In this document: piece after piece, positions 18,837 to 27,800 of the stretch | Layout: every line of letters starts with the position of its first letter | Position numbering within the stretch: position 1 is the stretch's first letter | Source: an uncultured Luteolibacter sp. | GTDB taxonomy: Bacteria > Verrucomicrobiota > Verrucomicrobiia > Verrucomicrobiales > Akkermansiaceae | Direction of reading: 5' to 3' | Assembly: GCA_964569415.1 (NCBI GenBank) | Contig: CAZMUK010000001.1 | Span: forward strand, 16,481 to 80,480 | DNA: 64,000 nucleotides | The notes under the pieces: generated by a model | Database searches by the model: none | Told to the model about the DNA's origin: nothing | What the model saw: only the letters and a program-made list of their open reading frames with translations | Program-made: the position numbers and the translations under genes

Positions 18837-19516
18837 GCATTGTGGCCCTGCTTCCCATGAAGGCCCATAGCGCGCGGGTCAGCGGCAAGAATTTCCGAGA
18901 ATTCGCCGGCAAACCGCTCTTCCGCTGGATCCTCGACACGCTTTTGTCCGTTGACGAGATCAGCTGTGTCGTGATCAACACCGATGCCCGCGGGATCCTT
19001 GCTGAAAAGGGCCTGCACGATGAGGAGCGCATCCTGATCCGCGACCGCGCTCCTGGGATCCGCGGCGACTTCGTGAGTATGAATCTGGTCATTGCCGACG
19101 ATATTGCGGCGGTTGCCGCCGATGCCTATCTCATGACCCACACCACCAATCCCCTCCTTTCGGCGGGAACGATCTGTGCTGCGATCGCAGCCTACCGAGA
19201 GGGCCTCGCCGCCTCCGCATGCGACAGCCTTTTCACCGTCAACCGATTCCAGACGCGCTTCTATCGGGGCGATGGTTCGCCGGTGAACCACGATCCCGAC
19301 AACCTTGTCCGCACGCAGGATCTCGAGCCATGGTTCGAGGAGAATTCCAACCTCTACCTTTTCTCGCGGAAAAGCTTCGCCGCCACCAAGGCCCGCATCG
19401 GATGCAGGCCGCTGTTGTTCGAGACCCCGAGGACCGAGTCCGCCGATATCGATGATCAGGAAGGCTGGGACATGGCCGAGAGTCTTGCGAAAGTGACCTT
19501 GCTACACCGGAAATGA
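18833..19516 (+). CDS. Acylneuraminate cytidylyltransferase family protein (CMP-ulosonate synthetase, NeuA-like)
   Basis: LLPMKAHSARVSGKNFREFAGKPL, VVINTD, HTTNPL, RTQDL, ENSNLYLF, DIDDQEGW. ATGA-coupled to the upstream gene. Confidence 0.88.
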   Translation: MSIVALLPMKAHSARVSGKNFREFAGKPLFRWILDTLLSVDEISCVVINTDARGILAEKGLHDEERILIRDRAPGIRGDFVSMNLVIADDIAAVAADAYLMTHTTNPLLSAGTICAAIAAYREGLAASACDSLFTVNRFQTRFYRGDGSPVNHDPDNLVRTQDLEPWFEENSNLYLFSRKSFAATKARIGCRPLLFETPRTESADIDDQEGWDMAESLAKVTLLHRK

Positions 19517-19598
19517 GCATGGGCTGCTAAGCACAGACTCCGTCCCGGCGGCGTCCGGGCAAGACGGCCCTGCTCCCGCACCCATCCCTCCCGAAACG

Positions 19599-21224
19599 AT
19601 GAACCCATACATCCGCCGCAATACCGACATTCTTCCGCTTCTCGCCCATTGCTCCGGCAGCGAGACGGAAGAGACGGGGATCATTGCCCATATCCTTTCC
19701 GGCCTCGGGCCGTTCTCCCCGTTCGCGGTCGAGTTCGGTCAGCGGATTCTCGGTGGCGGCACCGTGGGGGACACCGCGCGGGATTTCGGGTTTTCCCTGC
19801 TCAACATCGATGCGGAGGCCTCGTCGGACGGGGAGCGGATGCACCCGTGGAACGACGGCAGGGTCTGGACTCTTTTCAAGCGCAGGATCTGCCCGCTCAA
19901 TCTCAACACCCTGTTTGACGAGGGCGGGGTGCCGCAGGATCCGGCGGTTGCGGTGATCGACATCGACGGCATGGACTACTGGTGCATGCTGGCGCTGCTG
20001 GGCAGGCGGAGGCCGGCTCTTCTCATCGTGGAGTACAATTGCCATGTACCCTTTGGTATGTCCGCGAGTCTGGCTTTCAACCGCGGGCATGCCTACCGCC
20101 GCAACACGGATTACGGAGCCTCGTTGCGCGCGCTGACGGATCTCGCCGCGGCGCACGGATATCTTCCCGTTCACATCCACGGTCCGCTCAACTTGTACTT
20201 CGTGGATGCCGGGAAGGTGAGGGATCCGGGACTCAAGGAACTGTCCTCCAGGATCGCCGGTCTTTCCGCGGATGAGTTTGCGCGCGCCTCGGATACCGCT
20301 TTGTTCTACGACAGCTTTTTCGGCGGCAAGCGTCCGAGTTGGTTTGGCACGCCCCCGCCCGACACGGGCAAGGCGCCGTGGATCAGGCTCGACCGGATCG
20401 GCGGGGAAACCCAGCGGATATGCATCGGCGACATCGGGCTCGAGGTGTTCCGATCCGACCAAGGTGGTGATCATTACCGGCAGCGCGGGCACAAGGAGGA
20501 CGGGGTCTCGCCGTTGTGGTCTTTGATCCGCGACAGGCTGACGCCCGAAGTGTTGATCGATATCGGGGCGAACTACGGTTATACCACCTCGCTGCTTGCG
20601 AAGCGGCTCGGCGTCCGCCGTGTGGTGGCTGTGGAACCCGATCCGAGGCTTGCCGCGATCCTGCGATCAAACCTCCGGGAAAACATTCCCGCTATCGAGA
20701 TCACGGTGGCGGAGGCCTGCGTTTCCTCGAATCCCGATTGCGTCTCGGCGATCGGGATCAACCCGTGGTCCACCCAGGACAACCGTCTTCTCGCACAAAA
20801 AGACTGGCAGGAGGCGGTGGTGCGCTCAATCACCCTCGCGGACATCTTGTCCGAAGTCGGCCGGGAGCAGGCGCTGTTCATCAAATGCGACACCCAGGGA
20901 TACGATCTTGATGTGCTTGCATCCGGTCGCGAACAGCTTGCCGGCAGGGACAACTGGATGATGCGTTTCGAATTCGCCCCGATGTGGATCGAAAACCAGG
21001 GATTCGTCCCCGCGGAGCGACTCGCGGACCTTTGCGGGTCCTTTGATTTGTTCGAGGGTCCGCTTCGGACTCCTTGGAACGCTGGCTTCGGCGATCTGTT
21101 CTCCCGCCCGCTCCGCGCGGAGGAAGCCGAGGCTTTCGTGGCCTATGTCCGCGAACTCAACCACAAGGGCACGGGCTGGCTCGACCTCTACATCCTGCCG
21201 CGCGGCGCTCCTTTCCGTCTCTAG
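19599..21224 (+). CDS. Two-domain protein: N-terminal methyltransferase-like domain fused to an FkbM family methyltransferase
   Basis: N-terminal AVEFG...VIDIDGMDYW...IVEYN...YGASL; C-terminal IDIGANYGY, AVEPDP, FIKCDTQGYDLDVL. Confidence 0.75.
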   Translation: MNPYIRRNTDILPLLAHCSGSETEETGIIAHILSGLGPFSPFAVEFGQRILGGGTVGDTARDFGFSLLNIDAEASSDGERMHPWNDGRVWTLFKRRICPLNLNTLFDEGGVPQDPAVAVIDIDGMDYWCMLALLGRRRPALLIVEYNCHVPFGMSASLAFNRGHAYRRNTDYGASLRALTDLAAAHGYLPVHIHGPLNLYFVDAGKVRDPGLKELSSRIAGLSADEFARASDTALFYDSFFGGKRPSWFGTPPPDTGKAPWIRLDRIGGETQRICIGDIGLEVFRSDQGGDHYRQRGHKEDGVSPLWSLIRDRLTPEVLIDIGANYGYTTSLLAKRLGVRRVVAVEPDPRLAAILRSNLRENIPAIEITVAEACVSSNPDCVSAIGINPWSTQDNRLLAQKDWQEAVVRSITLADILSEVGREQALFIKCDTQGYDLDVLASGREQLAGRDNWMMRFEFAPMWIENQGFVPAERLADLCGSFDLFEGPLRTPWNAGFGDLFSRPLRAEEAEAFVAYVRELNHKGTGWLDLYILPRGAPFRL

Positions 21225-21255
21225 GATCCGAAACTTCGTTTCCCGTTCGCTTCCC

Positions 21256-22191
21256 ATGTCTGAGCTAAGCATCCTCTGCACTTGTCCGCCGATGATCGGC
21301 GGAATCGACCGGGTCCGTGACGAGTTCGCACGCCGCGGAGCGCGTGTAATCATCCCGGAATTCGCCCAGATCCTTTCCGAGGATGAATTGGTCGGGCTCG
21401 TTCCGCAGCATGACGGATGGATCATCGGTGATGATCCGGCTACTGCGCGCGTCTTTGCGGCGGGCCGTGCCGGGAAATTGCGCGCGGCCGTCAAGTGGGG
21501 GGTGGGAACCGACAATGTCGATTTCAAGGGGGCGGAGGCCGCCGGTCTGGATGTGGCCAATACCCCGGGCATGTTCGGCGAGGAGGTTTCCGATGTGGCT
21601 ATAGCGTACCTGATCGGTCTCGCGCGTGGCCTGTTCGCCATCGACCGCGGTGTGCGTGCCGGCGGATGGCCCAAGCCCTCGGGCATTTCACTCGCCGGCA
21701 AGACCGTGGCGCTGGCGGGGTACGGCAACATCGGCCGCACGACCGCGCGCAAGTTGCTTGCGTTTGGGATGAAGGTGATCGTTCACGACCCCGGCTGCTG
21801 GCCGGAGCCGGTCCCCGGGCTCGTGGGCCGCGGATGGCCCGAAGGGCTCGGAGAGGCCGACTTTGTGGTGCTCACCTGCGCACTCACGGCATCTAACCGG
21901 CGGATGGTCAATGCGGAGACCATTGCACTGATGAAACCCGGGGTGCGCATCGTCAATGTGAGCCGCGGCCCCCTTATCGACGAGGCTGCCCTCGCTGGGG
22001 CCCTCAGGTCGGGCCATGTGGCTGCAGCCGCGCTCGATGTCTTCGAGGAGGAACCATTGCCGCCCGACAATCCCTTGCGCGGTTTCGAGCAGTGCGTTTT
22101 CGGGTCGCACAACGGCTCGAACACGCGGGAGGCCGTAGACCGCACCTCTCTTCGCGCGATTGAACTCCTCTTCCTCAGGCTGGGAAAATGA
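21256..22191 (+). CDS. D-isomer-specific 2-hydroxyacid dehydrogenase (phosphoglycerate dehydrogenase-like)
   Basis: KWGVGTDNVD, GYGNIG, VNVSRGPLIDE, AALDVFEEEP, FGSHNGS. Confidence 0.9.
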   Translation: MSELSILCTCPPMIGGIDRVRDEFARRGARVIIPEFAQILSEDELVGLVPQHDGWIIGDDPATARVFAAGRAGKLRAAVKWGVGTDNVDFKGAEAAGLDVANTPGMFGEEVSDVAIAYLIGLARGLFAIDRGVRAGGWPKPSGISLAGKTVALAGYGNIGRTTARKLLAFGMKVIVHDPGCWPEPVPGLVGRGWPEGLGEADFVVLTCALTASNRRMVNAETIALMKPGVRIVNVSRGPLIDEAALAGALRSGHVAAAALDVFEEEPLPPDNPLRGFEQCVFGSHNGSNTREAVDRTSLRAIELLFLRLGK

Positions 22192-22295
22192 CGGTTGCAT
22201 GACCTGCCTGCAAGGGCTATGCGGAGTCGCTCATCGGGCCTGTTCCGGGGCCCGGAAGGCCCCTGATCGCCAGATATTCCCAGCCCCCACCGCTC

Positions 22296-23039
22296 GTGAA
22301 ACCAGCAGTCCTCATCACCGGCGCCCTCGGCGGGATCGGAAGGGCCCTGTGCGAGGAGTTTCACACGCATGATTTCCGCGTTATCGCGGTCGACAGGATG
22401 GAGGGGGATGTCCCATGTCACCGTTTCCTTCGCGGCGATGTGGCGGCCTTGGCCACCGATCCCGAGGCAAGGTGTTCCTTCGCCGCCGAAGTCCGCTCGG
22501 TCCTCGATGCCGAAGGGATGCCGCTGCAGGGAATCGTCAACAATGCCGCCGTGCAGGTCCTCGGGGGTGTCGATCAACTCGACATCCGCGATTGGCAGGA
22601 AACTCTGACGACTAATCTGCTCGGCCCCTTTTTCATGGCGCAGGCACTGCTGCCGGAACTTGAGAAGGTCCGCGGATCGGTGGTCAACATTTCAAGTATC
22701 CACGAGAAGCTCACCAAGCCCGGCTTTGTCGCGTACGCGACCTCCAAGTCCGCGCTCTCTGGTCTCACCCGTGCGATGGCTGTCGATCTCGGTGCCCGCG
22801 TGAAGGTCAATGCGATTTGTCCTGCGGCGATCAAGACCCCGATGTTGGAAGCCGGTTTTGCTGGGCGGCCGGAGGCTTTTGATGCTCTACATCACGCGCA
22901 TCCGGGCGGGCGCATCGGGCTGCCTGAGGAGGTGGCCCACCTTGCTCGCTATCTCGTTGCCGAGGCCCCCGACTTCCTTAGCGGAAGCTGTCTCGGACTC
23001 GACGGAGGGATCGCCGCACGGCTCTACGATCCGGCATAG
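22296..23039 (+). CDS. SDR family oxidoreductase
   Basis: TGALGGIG, VNNAA, VNISS, YATSK (YxxxK), VNAICP. GTG start. Confidence 0.9.
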   Translation: MKPAVLITGALGGIGRALCEEFHTHDFRVIAVDRMEGDVPCHRFLRGDVAALATDPEARCSFAAEVRSVLDAEGMPLQGIVNNAAVQVLGGVDQLDIRDWQETLTTNLLGPFFMAQALLPELEKVRGSVVNISSIHEKLTKPGFVAYATSKSALSGLTRAMAVDLGARVKVNAICPAAIKTPMLEAGFAGRPEAFDALHHAHPGGRIGLPEEVAHLARYLVAEAPDFLSGSCLGLDGGIAARLYDPA

Positions 23040-23400
23040 GGCCGCAATCTGATCATTCACCGCACCAACCTATGGAAATCGATACCTGCGAGACGAACCT
23101 CACGAAGCCGAGTTTCGTTTGCCCTCCGCTAGGCCTGGTTCCCTTGCGCAATGTTCCCACGCGGCGTGGATCGATTTACAACATGTCCTTGTGCAGGGAG
23201 GGCGCCGTCCGATTGGGCCGGGATTTGCAATCGGGGATCAGGGTTGTCCTCAACCGCAATGCCTCCAAATTGAAGGGAAATGAGGAACACCGCTTTGTCA
23301 AAACAGGTCTTTGGGATGGTTCTTTCGCCTTGTCCCGGCGAGGTGCGCCCGAGAACGGAACGCTTCCCGATACACCCCTCTCCATGAACCCCGCTTCCCC

Positions 23401-24111
23401 ATGGTCAAACTGCTGAGATATTCGGATTATTCGTCCGTCGAGACCGCAGGTATCGACGTTTCCCAGACCAAGCCTTTCCAGCACATCTCCATTAGGCGTG
23501 TGCTGTCGCATCATTGTGGTGCAAGACACCGCGTCGCTGAGATCGGTTCGAAGACGAGCTTCGACACCCTGCTGGGTTTGCCGGGGGTCTTCCGCTACAT
23601 TATCGAGCCCTACAACTCGGCTCCAGGTGCGGGACCAGCGACGATCCCACCGCTTCCCTATCCGATTGCTCTGTTCCGCTGCCTAGTCGGGACGGATAGC
23701 GGAATCATCCCTGATGGTTTCTTCGACTGCACCTTTTCCGTGTCCGTGATTGAGCATGTTGGTCAGGCAGAGGCCGGGTATGATTGTCGCCCCACAAACT
23801 CCCCTCCAGCCGAGTCGGAGGCTCTGAGGGACGGTTTTTGCCGCGAACTGCACCGCATCACCATGCCGGGAGGGGTCACCATTCACAGCGTGGATCATGC
23901 CGCGCGCAACCTTTCGTTCGTCGATAATTTTTTGGCGGCTGGTTTCAGCCTGCTGGAGCCCGGGCCATTGCCGACCACCGATGACTGTCTCGGGGATCCG
24001 GAGGCCGTGCGGCAGAGAACCCAGTGGACCAAGCTTGATCGGCCGATGCCTGCGGAGGAGCAGGCACTTCATTCGGTGCTTCTGATGGCCTTCCGCAAAT
24101 CATTCCCTTAG
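23401..24111 (+). CDS. Class I SAM-dependent methyltransferase-like protein
   Basis: RVAEIG, FFDCTFSVSVIEHV, RITMPGG. Paralogous to the next gene. Confidence 0.7.
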   Translation: MVKLLRYSDYSSVETAGIDVSQTKPFQHISIRRVLSHHCGARHRVAEIGSKTSFDTLLGLPGVFRYIIEPYNSAPGAGPATIPPLPYPIALFRCLVGTDSGIIPDGFFDCTFSVSVIEHVGQAEAGYDCRPTNSPPAESEALRDGFCRELHRITMPGGVTIHSVDHAARNLSFVDNFLAAGFSLLEPGPLPTTDDCLGDPEAVRQRTQWTKLDRPMPAEEQALHSVLLMAFRKSFP

Positions 24112-24153
24112 TCCCGCCCACACCCGATCCGCATCCACTCTCTCGATACCACG

Positions 24154-24879
24154 ATGCTTCGCTTCATCACAAAAAAGGAATACTGGGCCGCCGAGGACGA
24201 CGGCACCGTCGAACTCCTGCCCGCCGCTCCCTTCGCATGGCACCTCAAGAACATCCAGGATGCGGTGGCGATGTCCCGGCTGAGGGACTGCGCCGGCAAG
24301 GACATCGCCGAGATCGGTGGCGGAGACTCCCGAGTGCTGCATGCCGTATCGCGCGCCAACCGCGTCACCAACATCGACTCCTTCGAGGGGCTCGGCAACG
24401 GGCCGGTCGGAAAGCCGGAAAACCCGGCCTACCGGATCGTTCCCTGCCTCATCGGTTCCTTCGACGACCGCCTTGCCCCGGAATCGTTCGACATCGTGTT
24501 CTCGATCTCGGTGGTGGAGCATGTTCCGGGCGAGGCTCTCGCGGATTTTCATCGCGACTGCCTGCGCATTCTCCGTCCCGGCGGATTGCTGTTCCATCTC
24601 ATTGATATCTATCTCCGGGACGATCCGGAGCGCAACAGCGGGGCGGGAGAGCGGATCGCCCGTTACGCGGAATGGTTCGCTCACGACCAGTGCGAGCCCT
24701 TCGATCCGGGGCAGGTGCTGGATCCGCACCCGCTGCGGTTTTCGTGCGGTTTCGCGAGCAATCCCGACAATGTGATGAACCGCTGGAACAAACTCGCGCC
24801 GTCATTGGCGGAGCTCCGGGCGGAAGCACAGAGCGTGAGCCTCATTTTCTCCGCCCGGCGCAAAGCGTCCGCGCCATGA
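24154..24879 (+). CDS. Class I SAM-dependent methyltransferase (Methyltransf_11-like)
   Basis: DIAEIGGGDSR, SFDIVFSISVVEHV, RILRPGG. Confidence 0.8.
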   Translation: MLRFITKKEYWAAEDDGTVELLPAAPFAWHLKNIQDAVAMSRLRDCAGKDIAEIGGGDSRVLHAVSRANRVTNIDSFEGLGNGPVGKPENPAYRIVPCLIGSFDDRLAPESFDIVFSISVVEHVPGEALADFHRDCLRILRPGGLLFHLIDIYLRDDPERNSGAGERIARYAEWFAHDQCEPFDPGQVLDPHPLRFSCGFASNPDNVMNRWNKLAPSLAELRAEAQSVSLIFSARRKASAP

Positions 24880-27800
24880 CCGTTTCCATTATCACGCCGA
24901 GCTTCAATCAGGCGGAATTCCTTCCCGCGTGCCTCGATTCGGTCGCGCGGCAGACCGTGCGCCCGCTCGAGCATATCGTGCTGGATCCCGGCTCGACCGA
25001 CGGCAGCAGGGAGATCGCCGCCGCCTGCCCCGGTGTGACCCTGATCGCCGAACCGGACGAGGGTCAGGCGGACGCCGTCGGCAAGGGATTTGCCCTCGCC
25101 CGTGGGGAGGTGATCGGTTGGCTCAATTCGGACGACCAGTACGCGAGCGACGATGTGCTGGCCGCGGTGCTCGCGCGCTTCGGCGGTGAGGATAAGCCCG
25201 ACATCGTTTACGGAACGGGCAGCTACATCGACGAGCAAGGCAAGGTTCTGCGTTCCGCGTATGTGAATGGCGCGCCCGATACCCTCGCCGACCGCCTGCA
25301 CCGCGAGGTGGGGATCCTGCAACCGGCGGTTTTTCTCCGCAGGGAAGCAGTGTTGAGGCTGGGCCCGCCGTCGAAGGACCTCTCCTACTGCATGGACTAC
25401 GAGTACTGGATCCGGGCGCTCAAGGCGGGTCTGCGTTTCGCCCACATCGCCAGGCCTCTTGCCCTTGCGCGGTATTACCCGCGCAACAAAACCTTCGGCA
25501 AGCGCGGGGAGAGTTATCACGAGGTATGCCGGATGCTGAAAGGCCGTTTCGGCTATGTTCCGGTCGAATGGTTGCGGCGCTATGCGGAGTTCCGGGTGAA
25601 GGGTCACGACGGGATTCTAAACTACGAGAGCGGGGCAGGGGAGAACACTGCCATCATGGATGAGGTGGCACGCCTCCTCCACGCCTTTGACAACGACCAT
25701 TCCGCGTTGTCCCTGCTCGGCGGGGAGGCGGTTCCCCGTGGCGCGGAATCGACGCTCGCCGCCATGCGAGATGCGGGAATCCCGCTGCGTCCCGTGGCAC
25801 GGGAGGTGGATGTGGATACCAAGTCGCTCCCGGGCAAGGTTTGTTACACCGTCGGCGCCCGTCGATGGGCCTTCGAAAAAAACTGGAAGGAAGGCGCGGT
25901 CGCCCGATCAGCGGAGGAATTCCGGCGCATCCGGAAGGACCGATCCTCCGACACCTGCGTGGTGGTGGGTAACGGGCCGAGTCTCAACTTGTGCGACCTG
26001 TCTTTGTTGGAGGGGGCGGATGTGTTCATTTCCAATTATGCCTTTCTCAAACCGGAGCTCGCCGCGAGGGCGACCTACTTCTCGGTGGTGAACCATCTCG
26101 TCGCTGAGCAGGGAGCGGACCACATATCGCTGTTCCGCGGGGCGCGGAAGTTCTTCCCGTACTGGCTTCGCTATTGCATAGCCGACGACCCCGATGCGTT
26201 CTTCGTCAACTCGGTCGGCTATGCGGAATTCAGCACCGACATCTTCGAAAACATCTCGTGGCGTAGCACGGTCACCTTCTTCAACCTGCAACTGGCGTAC
26301 GGCCTCGGCTACCGCAAGGTCCTGATGATCGGGTTCGACCATCACTACAAGCAGGATCCAGGGGTCAAGGAGGGAGACGAGCTCTTTTGCCGCGAGGATG
26401 ATGCGAATCACTTTGATCCCGGGTATTTCAAGAACAAGCTCTGGCAGGCTGCGGATGTCGGCAATATGGAACGAATGTATCTTCTCGCCAAAACCGCCTT
26501 TGAGGCCGACGGGCGCGAGATCGTGAACTGTACGGTAGGCGGCCATCTTGAGGTGTTCCGGCGCGGAGATCTTGCGGCGGAGCTGGCAGCCGCTCCGACG
26601 GGAGCGGTTTCCCCGCGCGGAGGCGATGAAGCGGAGCTGTCGATGCCGAGGCTTTTGGTGATCGACAGCACTCCCATCGGCTCGGTCTCCGCAACCGGCC
26701 AACTCAAGCAGACTTATCTTGCGGGTTGGCCGGAGGATCGCCTGTTGCAGATCTGGAGCGGGCATGGCGGCGCGGCGATTCTCCACGCGCTCCGCCCCGG
26801 TGAAACGGTCGAGCAGAGCCGATTGCAGCCGCTTGATCTTGATGCCGTTTCGGATCTTTGCCGCGCCTTCGGTCCGGAAGCGGTGTACTTTCGTCCGGTG
26901 GATGATTCTTTGCTGATGAGTGCCGCGGAGCGGATCATCGCCGAGAGCCGCGTTCCTTTCGCGATCCACATGATGGATGACTGGCCGGGGCGCCTGAGGG
27001 GAGGCGATCCCGCGCGATTCCGGGTGCTTGATGAGTCGTTGCGGAGATTAATCTCCCGCGCTTCCCTCAGGTGGAGCATCTGCGATCGGATGTCCGAGGA
27101 GTACCTTGAGCGTTACGGTCACGGTTTCGAGGCTCTTGCCAACGGTGCGGACCCCACCTGTTTTCCCGCGGCAAAGGGCCCGGAGGAGCGGCCGCGGAGA
27201 CGACCGTTCCGGCTGCGCTATCTCGGGGCGCTGGCGAGGGACATGACTTTCGACAGCGTGATGGACATCGCGCGTGCGGTGGCGGATCTGCAGGGCGAGG
27301 TTGCGATCGAATTCGACATCCACACAATGGATTGGTGTCGCGCCGATGCCGAGCGCATCTGTGCCGGGCTTGCCGGGGTGCGGGTGTGCGGCTTGGTCCC
27401 CTGGGAGGAGTACCATGCCACGCTCTCCGACTCGGACTGCGTGGTGATCGCGTATAATTTTGATCCAGCGAGCATTGCCTACACGAGATTGTCGTTCGCG
27501 AACAAGCTGCCGGAATGTCTCGCATCGGGTGCGGTGCTGCTCGCCTACGGACCCGGCGAGGTGGCGTCGATCGGCTATCTCCGGGCTTCGGGTTGTGCGT
27601 GTGTAGTTGATGCGAGGGATCCTGTGCTTCTCAAGCGATCGCTGGCGGGTCTGGTGGGCGACCCCGAATCCTGCCGTCTGCTTGCCGCAAAGGCGAGGGA
27701 TCTCGCAGAGCGCTGCTTTTCGCCGGAAGATGTCCGCGGGCGGTTCCGGGAAGGCATTGCAAGGCTCGCTCGCTCATCTTCGCCGATACGGGGTCTGCGG

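Noticed and set aside
22236-22262. GC-rich hairpin gggcc..ttccgg-ggc-ccggaa-ggccc
   Set aside because: Single copy with no U-tract; not supportable as a terminator or repeat family.
23072-23416. 114-aa ORF in the SDR-methyltransferase gap
   Set aside because: No motifs, atypical composition, and it overlaps the next start; probably intergenic or regulatory DNA.
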